NCBI GenBank assembly: GCA_035491815.1 | Contig: DATJKA010000047.1 | Span: forward strand, 168,576-232,575 | Direction of reading: 5' to 3' | Length of the DNA stretch: 64,000 nt | From: Gemmatimonadales bacterium | GTDB taxonomy: Bacteria > Gemmatimonadota > Gemmatimonadetes > Gemmatimonadales > GWC2-71-9 | Part shown: one piece after another, positions 28,499-37,056 of the stretch | Numbering within the stretch: the first letter of the stretch is position 1 | How the letters are laid out: each line of letters starts with the position of its first letter | Program-made: the position numbers and the translations under genes | The notes under the pieces: model-generated | Databases searched by the model: none | What the model was told of the DNA's origin: nothing | What the model saw: the letters and a program-made list of their open reading frames with translations, nothing else

Positions 28499-28732
28499 TT
28501 AGGCGTGGTCCGCGACGGTGGTAACGCCGCTCTCACGCGCGCAATGCGCGCAGCAGTAGAACGCGCCGTCCGCTTCGATGCCGTGACCGATGATCTTGCA
28601 CCCACAGTGGTCGCACACCGGCGCGAGCTTGTGAATCGCGCACTCGAAGCTGTCGAACGTGTAGGCCGTTCCGTCGCGAACGATGTCGAACGAAAGGTAA
28701 TATTCGTTACCGCAGACTTCGCATTTGGCCAT
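28499..28732 (-). CDS. small Cys-rich (putative metal-binding) protein
   Basis: 77 aa from MAKCEVCGNEYYLSFDI...FDSFECAIHKLAPVCDHCGCKIIGHGIE..GAFYCCAHCA. The upstream part of the 193-aa track ORF is Arg-rich and rejected. Confidence 0.6.
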   Translation of the reverse strand: MAKCEVCGNEYYLSFDIVRDGTAYTFDSFECAIHKLAPVCDHCGCKIIGHGIEADGAFYCCAHCARESGVTTVADHA

Positions 28733-28779
28733 GAGGATGGAGACCCCGCGCTCCCGCCGCTGTTCCGAAGCATAGTGGA

Positions 28780-29715
28780 TTAACCCGATCGAGCGACGCC
28801 GGCGTCGGGCGCCGACGGATGCGCGCCAGGGTCGCGCCGCGCGAGCTCGTTGGGAGCGGGGGCCCGCCCGTTGGTATGCGCCGCATACACGCGCGTGAAC
28901 TCTGCGCCGAGCAGAATGATTTGCGCCGAGTAGTAGACCCACACGAGCAGCACCACGATCGACCCGGCCGCCCCATAACTCGAGGCGACGCTCGAGTGAC
29001 CCAGGTACAGGCCGATCACGAATTTGCCGATCGAGAACAGCGCCGATGTGGAGAATGCGCCGATCCAAACGTCGCGCCACGCGAGCCGCACGTCCGGCAA
29101 CAGCCGGTAGATCAGCCCGAACAACAGCGTCATCACCGCGAGCGAGATGATCACGTTCATGATCTGCAGCAGGACGGGGCCGCCGATCGCCAGATCCTGA
29201 ACGCGGTGGCCCAGCGCCGTCAGGGCCGCGCTGATGATGAGCGAGACGAGCAGCAGGAATCCGATCGAGATGACCAAGCCGAACGACCGGATGCGGCTCA
29301 GCAGCAAGCGCTCAATCCCCGATTTCTTGGGGTCGGTCTTCACGCGAAAGATCGTGTTGAGCGCGTGCTGCAGCTCGAGGAATGCGCCGCTCGCGGCGAT
29401 GAGCAGGGTGGCCGTGCCGATGATCACCGCCAACGTGCCCGTCCGGTCGCGGTGCGCCCCCTGCAGCAGCGCCTGCACCGCCTCGGCACCCTGCTGGCCA
29501 ATCAGCCCGCCGATTTCGTTCACGATTTGGCCGCGCACGGCGTCGGGGCCGTACACCGTGCCCGCGATCGCGATCACGATGATCAGCATCGGCGAGACCG
29601 CGAACAGCGTGTAATACGCCAGCGAGGCGCCGAGGCGCGGCACGTCGTCTTTCGACCAGCCTTTGATCGCGTCCCAGAACAGCTGCAGGACGGTCGGCAG
29701 GCGCGGCAGCTTCAT
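28780..29715 (-). CDS. yihY: YihY/BrkB family inner membrane protein
   Basis: 311 aa with ...GASLAYYTLFAVSPMLIIVIAI... and six hydrophobic segments. 4-nt overlap with the upstream kinase gene. Confidence 0.8.
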   Translation of the reverse strand: MKLPRLPTVLQLFWDAIKGWSKDDVPRLGASLAYYTLFAVSPMLIIVIAIAGTVYGPDAVRGQIVNEIGGLIGQQGAEAVQALLQGAHRDRTGTLAVIIGTATLLIAASGAFLELQHALNTIFRVKTDPKKSGIERLLLSRIRSFGLVISIGFLLLVSLIISAALTALGHRVQDLAIGGPVLLQIMNVIISLAVMTLLFGLIYRLLPDVRLAWRDVWIGAFSTSALFSIGKFVIGLYLGHSSVASSYGAAGSIVVLLVWVYYSAQIILLGAEFTRVYAAHTNGRAPAPNELARRDPGAHPSAPDAGVARSG

Positions 29716-31295
29716 GACGCGGTATGCCCGGAGGCTGTGGGTGTCCCGGCGGCTCCGCGCGCCTGTTCGGCGATCAGCTGGCTCAACGACGCGAGATCGA
29801 CGGGTTTGACCAGATGGGCGTCGAATCCGGCCTCGCGCGAGCGATGCCGGTCCTCGTCACGGCCGAAGCCCGTGAGCGCGAACATGAGCATGCGCTCGAG
29901 TCCCACCTCGTGCCGCAGCCGCTGGCCCAGCTCGATCCCATCCATGCCCGGCATCCCGATATCGAGCAGCGCCACATCCGGTTGAAACGCGCGCGCCGCG
30001 ACGAGGCCGGATGGGCCGTCGTACGCCACGCGCACCACGTGCCCGAGCAGCCGCAGGACCGTGGCGAGGCTGTCGCCGGCATCGTGGTGATCGTCCACGA
30101 CCAGGATGCGGAGCCGCGCCGCGTCCACCTTGCGCCGCTCCCCGAGCGCCGCGTCGAGCGGCATCTCCTCCCGCTTCACCCGCTGATCGGCGAAGGCGGG
30201 CAGCCGGATGATGAACTCGCTGCCCTGGCCGGTGCCGGCGCTGTGCGCCTCCACGTGCCCGCCGTGCAGCTCGACAATTCGCTTCACCAGCGTCAGACCG
30301 ATCCCGAGGCCCTGGCGCGCGCGGTCGCCCGACGGGTCGACCTGCACGAACATGTCGAAGATGCGGCTCAACATGTCCCGGGGAATGCCGATGCCGGTGT
30401 CCTTCACGGAAATTACCGCGTCCTCGCCCTCGCCGCGCGCGCTCACCTCGATCCGCCCGCCGCGGTCGGTGTACTTCGCCGCGTTGTTGAGCAGGTTGGC
30501 GACGACCTGCACGAGTCGAACGGGGTCGGCCTGGAGCAAGATGGTCTCGCGCGGCTCCGAGACGATGAGCTCGTGTCCCGCGTCTTCCACCTGCGGTCCG
30601 CTCGATTCGAGCGCGCTGCGCAGGACGGTTTGGAGCTTGATTCGCTCCTTACGCAGCTCGATGCGCCCTTGATTGATGCGCGACAGCTCCAGCAGGTCAT
30701 CCACGAGACGGATGACGTTGCCGACCTGCCGCTCCATCGTATCGAGGACGCGCGCGCGCGTCTGCTCGTCGTTGCCGGCGAGACGCAGCACATGCAGGGC
30801 GTTGCGGATCGGCGCCAACGGATTGCGCAGCTCGTGCGACAGCGTCGCGAGAAACTCGTCTTTCTGGCGGTCCGACTGCCGCAGCGCGTCGAGGCGGTCG
30901 CGCAGCTCGTATTGGCGCTGCCGCGCCTTCAGTGCCGTGCGCAGCGCGCTGACGAGCGTCATCACGCGCACCGGCTGATCGAGCACCGTGATGTTGCCGA
31001 GCGTCTGCATCGCCCAGAGGGCGGTGATCGAATCGGGGCCGAGCGGCGTCAGGAGGATAACCGGGACGTCGGACCACGGCGGCTGGTGCGCGAGCGCGGC
31101 CGCGAGCCGCTCCGGATCGCCCTCCTTGAGCGCGGCGTCGGCGAGCAACACGGCGGCAGCGCCGGTGCCGATCTCACTGCACAGCTCCTCCAGCGTCTGA
31201 CAGATGAACGGCGAGAGCCCCGCTTCGGCGAGAATGGCGCAACTCAGCTCGGCATCGCGGGCGGTGGGCGGCAGGAGCAGCAACCGCCCGGTCAC
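29712..31295 (-). CDS. hybrid histidine kinase with N-terminal pseudo-receiver (REC-like-HisKA-HATPase_c-REC)
   Basis: The GTG at 31295 overlaps the KaiC-family stop (GTGA). The N-terminal receiver-like domain lacks the DD pair and has LDQP in place of the conserved Lys. H-box LSHELRNPL. C-terminal receiver ILVVDDHHD...DIGMPGMDG...KP. Confidence 0.85.
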   Translation of the reverse strand: MTGRLLLLPPTARDAELSCAILAEAGLSPFICQTLEELCSEIGTGAAAVLLADAALKEGDPERLAAALAHQPPWSDVPVILLTPLGPDSITALWAMQTLGNITVLDQPVRVMTLVSALRTALKARQRQYELRDRLDALRQSDRQKDEFLATLSHELRNPLAPIRNALHVLRLAGNDEQTRARVLDTMERQVGNVIRLVDDLLELSRINQGRIELRKERIKLQTVLRSALESSGPQVEDAGHELIVSEPRETILLQADPVRLVQVVANLLNNAAKYTDRGGRIEVSARGEGEDAVISVKDTGIGIPRDMLSRIFDMFVQVDPSGDRARQGLGIGLTLVKRIVELHGGHVEAHSAGTGQGSEFIIRLPAFADQRVKREEMPLDAALGERRKVDAARLRILVVDDHHDAGDSLATVLRLLGHVVRVAYDGPSGLVAARAFQPDVALLDIGMPGMDGIELGQRLRHEVGLERMLMFALTGFGRDEDRHRSREAGFDAHLVKPVDLASLSQLIAEQARGAAGTPTASGHTAS

Positions 31296-32800
31296 GTGCT
31301 GCGCATCACCTTGCGCCGGTCCGTAACCGGCTCCGGCGCGACCCACGGCGTGCCCGACAGGACCCCGACGACATTCGTGATCGGCTCGCCGACCCTGATG
31401 GCGCCGTCATCGAACCGCAGCTCGCGGATGGTCCGTTCGTGCACGCCCGTCCGCTTCTTGATCACCGAGATCGCGATGCAGACCTCGGCCTGCGCCTCGT
31501 AGTAGCGCAGCAACAACACCGTGTCGGCGAGATAGCTGGCGTCGACCGGCGTGGACGTCACCGCGCCCAGGAGCCCGTGCTGCGCCATCACCATGATCGT
31601 CGTGACGCCCTGGCCACTGAGGTAGGACAGCAGCTCGTGGAGGTGGAGCGCGAGCAGCTTCTCGCTCGGCATCGCGTTCAGAAAGCCGGTCAAGCTGTCG
31701 ATCACCACGACGCGCGTGTCGTTCTGCTCGACGGTCGTGCGCACCAGCGCCGCGAATTCCCCCGGCGCCAGCTCGGCCGGATCCACCACGCGCAGCGTGA
31801 GCTTGCCCGCTGCGACCAGCGGCTGCACGTCGAAGCCAAGCCCCGAAGACCGCTCGAGGAACGTGCTGATCGACTCGTCGAACAGGAAGATCGCCGCATG
31901 ATCGCCGCGCGCTGCCGCCGCCCGCGCGTATTGTGTCGCCAGCGACGATTTGCCCGTTCCCGCCGGACCCAGGAACAGCGAGCTCGTGCCGCGGGCGAGC
32001 CCGCCACCCAGCAGCGCGTCGAGCTCCGCCAGGCCGCTCTTGATCGACTCGCGCTCGTACGCGTGGCCATGCTCCGCCGCAACGAGCCGTGGGTACACCT
32101 CGAGCCCGCCCGTGCGAATGCGGCAGTCGTGGTAGCCTTCGCGCACGGCGCGCCCGCGCATCTTGAGGACCTGCAGCCGGCGCCGGAATCCGCCGTACTC
32201 GGTCGCCTCGCGCTCGAGCGTGATGATGCCGGAGGCGATGCTCGAAATCGCCAGATCCTCCTGCTCGGCGCGCGGATCGTCCACCATCAAGACCGTCATG
32301 TCGTGCTCGCTGAAGAAGCGCTTCAGCGCGAGGATCTGCCGCCGGTAGCGAAGCGAGGACTGCGCGAGCAGTCGAAGCTCACCGACGGAGTCGAGCACCA
32401 CCCGCGTGGCGTTGATCCGCTCCGCCGCATCGATGATCGCTCGCGTCGTTTCCGTCAGCTCGATTTCGGACGGGTGGAACATCGTGTAATGCGCGTCGGC
32501 CGACAGCTCGCGATCGGACGCGACCAGCTCGAGGATCTCGACGCCCTCGAGGTCCCAGCCGTGCGATCGCGCCATCATGTGCAGGTCCGCGGCCGACTCC
32601 GACAGCGTCACGAGCAGCGTGCGCTCACCCGCCTGCGCGCCTGCGAGCAGAAACTGGATGCAGAGCGTCGTCTTCCCGGCGCCGGTGTCGCCTTCGATCG
32701 AGTACAGGCCACCGGCGGTGAGTCCGCCGTAGAGAATGCCGTCGAGTCCCTCGATGCCCATCGCGAGCAGCCGAGGCGTCGTCATTGGTGTGGTCGTCAT
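31292..32800 (-). CDS. KaiC-family double RecA-like ATPase
   Basis: 502 aa with two P-loops (GDTGAGKTT, GPAGTGKSS). The second domain carries ...TPVDASYLADTVLLLRYYE, aligned with the KaiC phosphosite region (..ISTITDTIILLQYVE). Confidence 0.85.
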   Translation of the reverse strand: MTTTPMTTPRLLAMGIEGLDGILYGGLTAGGLYSIEGDTGAGKTTLCIQFLLAGAQAGERTLLVTLSESAADLHMMARSHGWDLEGVEILELVASDRELSADAHYTMFHPSEIELTETTRAIIDAAERINATRVVLDSVGELRLLAQSSLRYRRQILALKRFFSEHDMTVLMVDDPRAEQEDLAISSIASGIITLEREATEYGGFRRRLQVLKMRGRAVREGYHDCRIRTGGLEVYPRLVAAEHGHAYERESIKSGLAELDALLGGGLARGTSSLFLGPAGTGKSSLATQYARAAAARGDHAAIFLFDESISTFLERSSGLGFDVQPLVAAGKLTLRVVDPAELAPGEFAALVRTTVEQNDTRVVVIDSLTGFLNAMPSEKLLALHLHELLSYLSGQGVTTIMVMAQHGLLGAVTSTPVDASYLADTVLLLRYYEAQAEVCIAISVIKKRTGVHERTIRELRFDDGAIRVGEPITNVVGVLSGTPWVAPEPVTDRRKVMRST

Positions 32801-32845
32801 CGATATATGGAAGGGCCTCGCGGCGACCGAGGCCCAACTCGTTTC

Positions 32846-33073
32846 TTACACCGGAGGGACGCCAGAGCGGCGGCCGGCAAACAACAACACGACCCCTGCG
32901 AGCAGCGCGACACCGCCGACCCACGGTGGAATGAAGCCGCGCTCCTCGGTGGTAACCTTCGCGATCCCCAGATCCGCAGTGTTTCGGTCCTTCACGTACG
33001 ACACGCCCCGCAGCACAAGCACGATGGCGCCGAACACGATCAACAGGACGCCAATGATCCCCGCCGGTCGCAT
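32846..33073 (-). CDS. small 2-TM membrane protein
   Basis: 75 aa with two hydrophobic helices. It lies 45 nt upstream of the KaiC-family gene on the same strand. Confidence 0.5.
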   Translation of the reverse strand: MRPAGIIGVLLIVFGAIVLVLRGVSYVKDRNTADLGIAKVTTEERGFIPPWVGGVALLAGVVLLFAGRRSGVPPV

Positions 33074-33192
33074 AACCCCTCCCCCCAGATTGTGGTGTGA
33101 TGAGTGCCGTCTGTTGTAACCCGGGGGTTAAGCGACGTGCCAAGGAGCATCTCGTCCTTTGGATCTAGGGGTGCGCGGGTAGTAATGCTCGG

Positions 33193-34167
33193 ATGCAATC
33201 CCCCGCCGCCGCAGCGCATTCGGTGCTTACGCCCGCCTCGCCGCATGCCGTGGCGATCGCCCATCTCGCGCGGCTGTTCTTCTCGTTGGGCGCGCTCGTC
33301 TGGCTGGCGGTGCTCGCCTTCCTCGCCTGGTCGCTGCTGCGCAGCCGCGGGTTGAATCAACCCACTGAGGACACGCACGTCGTCCGCCGGCAAACCGGCG
33401 CCGTCGGCGCCGCGCTCGCCCTCACCACGATCCTGTTGCTCGCGTTGGGCTTCGTGGACTACCGCACCGGCCGCGGCATCGAGAAGGCGCATGCACGGGT
33501 GTTATCGGCCGACACGGTACGCGTGCAGCTCATCGGCCATCAGTGGTGGTGGGAAATCCGCTACCAGCAGGCGACATGGCCATTTCAGGTGACCACCGCG
33601 AACGAGCTCCACATCCCGCTCGGCCGGCCCGTGGTGCTGACGCTCGAATCGCGCGACGTCATCCACAGCTTCTGGGCGCCCAACCTGCACGGCAAATCGG
33701 ATCTCGTTCCCGGCTACAGCAGCCAGTTTCTGGTCCAGGCCGACACGCCCGGCGTGTACGCGGCACCGTGCGCCGAGTTCTGCGGTACTCAGCATGCGAA
33801 GATGATGCTGCTCGTGGTGGCGCAGCCGCCCGACAGCTTCGCGGCCTGGTACGCCAACGAATCGCGCGACGCGCCGGCGCCGCGCAGCGATTCGACCGAT
33901 CGCGGCCGCCAGGTATTTCTCGCAGCGGCCTGTCCGTTTTGCCACACGATTCGCGGCACGGGGAGCGGCGGCACCGTCGCTCCCGACCTCACCCATATCG
34001 CCGGCCGCCGCATGCTTGGTGCGGGTGCGGCGTTCAACACCCGCACGGAACTCGGCGGATGGATCGAGAATCCGCAGGGCATGAAGCCCGGCAACCGCAT
34101 GCCGGCGAACCTGGTGCGTGGGTCCGACCTGCCGGCGCTGCTCGCATATCTCGCGACATTGAAATGA
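33193..34167 (+). CDS. ctaC: cytochrome c oxidase subunit II with fused C-terminal cytochrome c domain (caa3-type)
   Basis: 324 aa with cupredoxin HSFWAPNLHGKSDLVPG, CuA site CAEFCGTQHAKM and heme c site CPFCHTIRG. Confidence 0.9.
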   Translation: MQSPAAAAHSVLTPASPHAVAIAHLARLFFSLGALVWLAVLAFLAWSLLRSRGLNQPTEDTHVVRRQTGAVGAALALTTILLLALGFVDYRTGRGIEKAHARVLSADTVRVQLIGHQWWWEIRYQQATWPFQVTTANELHIPLGRPVVLTLESRDVIHSFWAPNLHGKSDLVPGYSSQFLVQADTPGVYAAPCAEFCGTQHAKMMLLVVAQPPDSFAAWYANESRDAPAPRSDSTDRGRQVFLAAACPFCHTIRGTGSGGTVAPDLTHIAGRRMLGAGAAFNTRTELGGWIENPQGMKPGNRMPANLVRGSDLPALLAYLATLK

Positions 34168-36044
34168 CGGGTCTCGCCACGGCCGAACGGGACGCGCTCG
34201 CGCGCACGTGGGGCACGCCGCGCGGCATCGCGGGATTCTTCACGACCGTCGATCACAAACGCATCGGCCTGCGGTTCATCGGGACGGCGCTGTGCTTCCT
34301 CGCGCTGGGCGGCGCGCTCGCCTTGATGATGCGCACGCAGCTCGCGCGCCCCGACAATCACCTGCTGTCGCCGCAGCTCTACAACCAATTCTTCACCACG
34401 CACGGCACGACGATGATGTTCCTGTTCGCCGTGCCGGTGATGATGGGCCTGGGGATCTACCTCGTCCCGCTGATGATCGGCACGCGCAATGTCGTGTTCC
34501 CGCGCCTGGTCGCCTACGCCTACTGGGTGTATTTGTTCGGTGGTATCTTCCTGTATAGCGGACTGCTGCTCGGCAACGGCCCGCCCGCAGGATGGTTCAG
34601 CTACACACCGCTCTCCGAAACACCGTTCGACCCCACGAAGGGCTCCGACATCTGGGCCCAGATGATCACGTTCACCGAGATCGCGATGCTGGGCGTCGCC
34701 GTCACGCTCATCATCACGATCTTGAAGCAGCGCGCGCCCGGTATGTCGCTGAACCGCATGCCGCTCTTCGTGTGGAGCATTCTCGTCACCTCGTTCATGG
34801 TCGTGTTCGCGATGACGACCATCGCCGTGGCGAGCACGCTGTTCCTCGCGGCCGATCGCTTGATCAACACTCGGTTCTTCGTGCAGCAATCCGGCGGCGA
34901 TCCCGTCCTGTGGCAGCACCTGTTCTGGATGTTCGGCCACCCCGAGGTGTACATCATCTTCCTGCCCGCCACGGGGATCATCTCGCACCTGGTGGCGACG
35001 TTTTCCCGCCGGCCCGTGTTCGGCTACACCGCGATCGTCTTTTCGACCATCGCCACCGGCATCATCAGTTTCGGCGTGTGGGTGCACCACATGTTTGCCG
35101 TCGGCATGCCGGAGCTCGGCCTGAGTTTCTTCACGGCATCGTCATTGATCGTGACGATCCCGACCGCCATTCAACTTTTTTGCTGGATCGCGACCCTCTG
35201 GAGCGGGCGGCCGCAGTGGCGCGTGCCGCTCCTGTTCATCCTCGGGTTCTTCTTCATCCTGGTCCGCGGTGGTTTGACGGGCGTGATGCTGGCGTCGGTG
35301 CCGGTGGACCTACAGCTGCACGACACGTTCTTTGTCGTCGGTCACCTGCACGACGTGCTGATCGGCGGCGCGGTCTTTCCACTCCTGGGCGGACTGATCT
35401 ACTGGTACCCGAAGTTCAGCGGCCGCATGGCGTCGGAGACCGCGGGGAAATGGGCGTTTGCCCTGATCTTCATCGGGCAGAATCTGACGTTTTTCCCCAT
35501 GCACATTCTTGGTTTGCACGGCATGCCGCGGCGCACGTACACCTACCTCGCATCCACCGGGTGGGGCGGTCTCAACTTTCTCGAGACGATCGGCGCCTAC
35601 ATCCTGGCCGCGGGCGTCTTGGTCACCGTCGCCAATTTGATTCTGAGCGCGTTCTACGGTCGCTCTGCCGGGAACGACCCCTGGGCCGCCGACACGCTGG
35701 AATGGGCGACGATGTCGCCGCCGCCGCCCGGCAACTTCGCCGCACTGCCCGTCGTGGAGAGCCGAGATCCCCTGTGGGATCCGGGCGGGTCGGAGGAACG
35801 GCCGATCGTCGTCGGTCTGCCGCCGGATCGGCGTGAAGTGCTCTTCACGTCAGCGCTCGACGCGATTCCGGTGCGGCGCATTCCCCTGCCCGGCCCCACC
35901 ATCTGGACGTTCTTCTGCGCGGTGGGGACGGCGATCGGCCTCGTGATGCTGATCTTCACGCCGTGGGGGCTCGTCGTCGGGACCGCGCTGGCCATTCCGC
36001 CGCTCATCATCTGGGCTTGGCCCAAAGCGGGAGGCTCGGCGTGA
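34164..36044 (+). CDS. ctaD: cytochrome c oxidase subunit I
   Basis: The ATG at 34164 overlaps the ctaC stop (ATGA). MTGLATAERDALARTWGTPRGIAGFFTTVDHKRIGLRF..., then WQHLFWMFGHPEVYI and VWVHHMF. The track ORF start at 33543 is an out-of-gene extension. Confidence 0.9.
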   Translation: MTGLATAERDALARTWGTPRGIAGFFTTVDHKRIGLRFIGTALCFLALGGALALMMRTQLARPDNHLLSPQLYNQFFTTHGTTMMFLFAVPVMMGLGIYLVPLMIGTRNVVFPRLVAYAYWVYLFGGIFLYSGLLLGNGPPAGWFSYTPLSETPFDPTKGSDIWAQMITFTEIAMLGVAVTLIITILKQRAPGMSLNRMPLFVWSILVTSFMVVFAMTTIAVASTLFLAADRLINTRFFVQQSGGDPVLWQHLFWMFGHPEVYIIFLPATGIISHLVATFSRRPVFGYTAIVFSTIATGIISFGVWVHHMFAVGMPELGLSFFTASSLIVTIPTAIQLFCWIATLWSGRPQWRVPLLFILGFFFILVRGGLTGVMLASVPVDLQLHDTFFVVGHLHDVLIGGAVFPLLGGLIYWYPKFSGRMASETAGKWAFALIFIGQNLTFFPMHILGLHGMPRRTYTYLASTGWGGLNFLETIGAYILAAGVLVTVANLILSAFYGRSAGNDPWAADTLEWATMSPPPPGNFAALPVVESRDPLWDPGGSEERPIVVGLPPDRREVLFTSALDAIPVRRIPLPGPTIWTFFCAVGTAIGLVMLIFTPWGLVVGTALAIPPLIIWAWPKAGGSA

Positions 36045-36655
36045 TTCGCTCGCATCCGAAATCGGTTGACGCATCGCAGTTGCCCGGCGAGGGCTTCGGC
36101 GTGGCCTCGCCAACGTGGTGGGGCACACTCGGCTTCATGGTCATCGAGGGCTCGACCCTCGCGGTCTGCGCAGTGGCGTACGTCTACTTGAGTCGTCGCA
36201 GCCCGTCGTGGCCGCCTTCCGGGACGCCGCTGCCGAACCTCGCCGTCGGCACTCTGTTCATCGGGGCCAGCCTGCTCAGCCTCATTCCCGCCTGGCTGCT
36301 CGGGCAGGCGGCCAAGAGCCTGGACCGGGCCGCGGTGATCCTGTGGTCCATCGTGGGCCTGGTCGTGGAGGCGGTCATCGTCGCGATCCGCGCGTACGAG
36401 CTGCACGCGCTCCCATTCCGCTGGGACGGCACGGCCTATGGCTCGGCGGTATGGATCACGCTGGGCTCGCACACGACGCTGCTGGCCTTCGACTTTGGCG
36501 AGACGCTCGTCTTGCTGGCGCTGTTCCTCTGGGGACCGATTCAAAAGAAACACTTCGCCGACGTTGCGGATGCGGTGATGTACTGGTTCTTCGTCTCGCT
36601 CGTGTGGGTGCCCCTCTTCTACATGATCTATGTCTCGCCTCGCCTCTTCCGCTGA
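36041..36655 (+). CDS. ctaE: heme-copper oxidase subunit III family protein
   Basis: The GTG at 36041 overlaps the ctaD stop (GTGA). Five TM segments and C-terminal ...MYWFFVSLVWVPLFYMIY. Confidence 0.7.
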   Translation: MIRSHPKSVDASQLPGEGFGVASPTWWGTLGFMVIEGSTLAVCAVAYVYLSRRSPSWPPSGTPLPNLAVGTLFIGASLLSLIPAWLLGQAAKSLDRAAVILWSIVGLVVEAVIVAIRAYELHALPFRWDGTAYGSAVWITLGSHTTLLAFDFGETLVLLALFLWGPIQKKHFADVADAVMYWFFVSLVWVPLFYMIYVSPRLFR

Positions 36656-37052
36656 ATCCCCGCGCGGCAGCGCGGCCCTGTGGTTCGCGGTCCTGGGCGC
36701 GCCCGCCGCGTGGTTCGTCAGCCTCGTCGTGAGCTATTACGCCGTCCACGAGGTCTGCCGCGTTCACTCGCCACTCGTGCCCCGGATCGTCTCATTGCTC
36801 GCCTTGGTCGTGGCGGTCGCCGCGGGGATGACCGCGCGCGCGGTCTGGGTCCAAGCGAGCGGCGCGACCCAGGAACGCACACGCTTCCTGGCGCAAATCG
36901 GGGTGATGGCGGGAGTGGTCTTTTCGCTGATCGTCGTCCTGCATCTCGTGGCCACGTTGCTGCTCCCGGGCTGTCACGATCGGCCGCGCACGCAAGAGTC
37001 GCCGGACGTCCTCGGCCCGCCCCCCCGCGGCGTTTGGCGCGAGCTGGCGTGA
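36630..37052 (+). CDS. membrane protein, possible oxidase accessory/subunit IV-like
   Basis: 140-aa ORF with 3 hydrophobic segments, overlapping the ctaE end by 26 nt. No family recognised. Confidence 0.4.
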   Translation: MSRLASSAESPRGSAALWFAVLGAPAAWFVSLVVSYYAVHEVCRVHSPLVPRIVSLLALVVAVAAGMTARAVWVQASGATQERTRFLAQIGVMAGVVFSLIVVLHLVATLLLPGCHDRPRTQESPDVLGPPPRGVWRELA

Positions 37053-37056
37053 TCCC

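Noticed and set aside
29724-33100. 592-aa and 553-aa plus-strand ORFs (29724-31502, 31439-33100).
   Set aside because: They are antisense to the hybrid kinase and the KaiC-family gene. They show shadow-ORF composition.
33543-34163. 5' extension of the ctaD track ORF (833 aa).
   Set aside because: It overlaps ctaC in another frame and has Arg-rich composition. The ATG at 34164 gives the canonical subunit I N-terminus with ATGA coupling.
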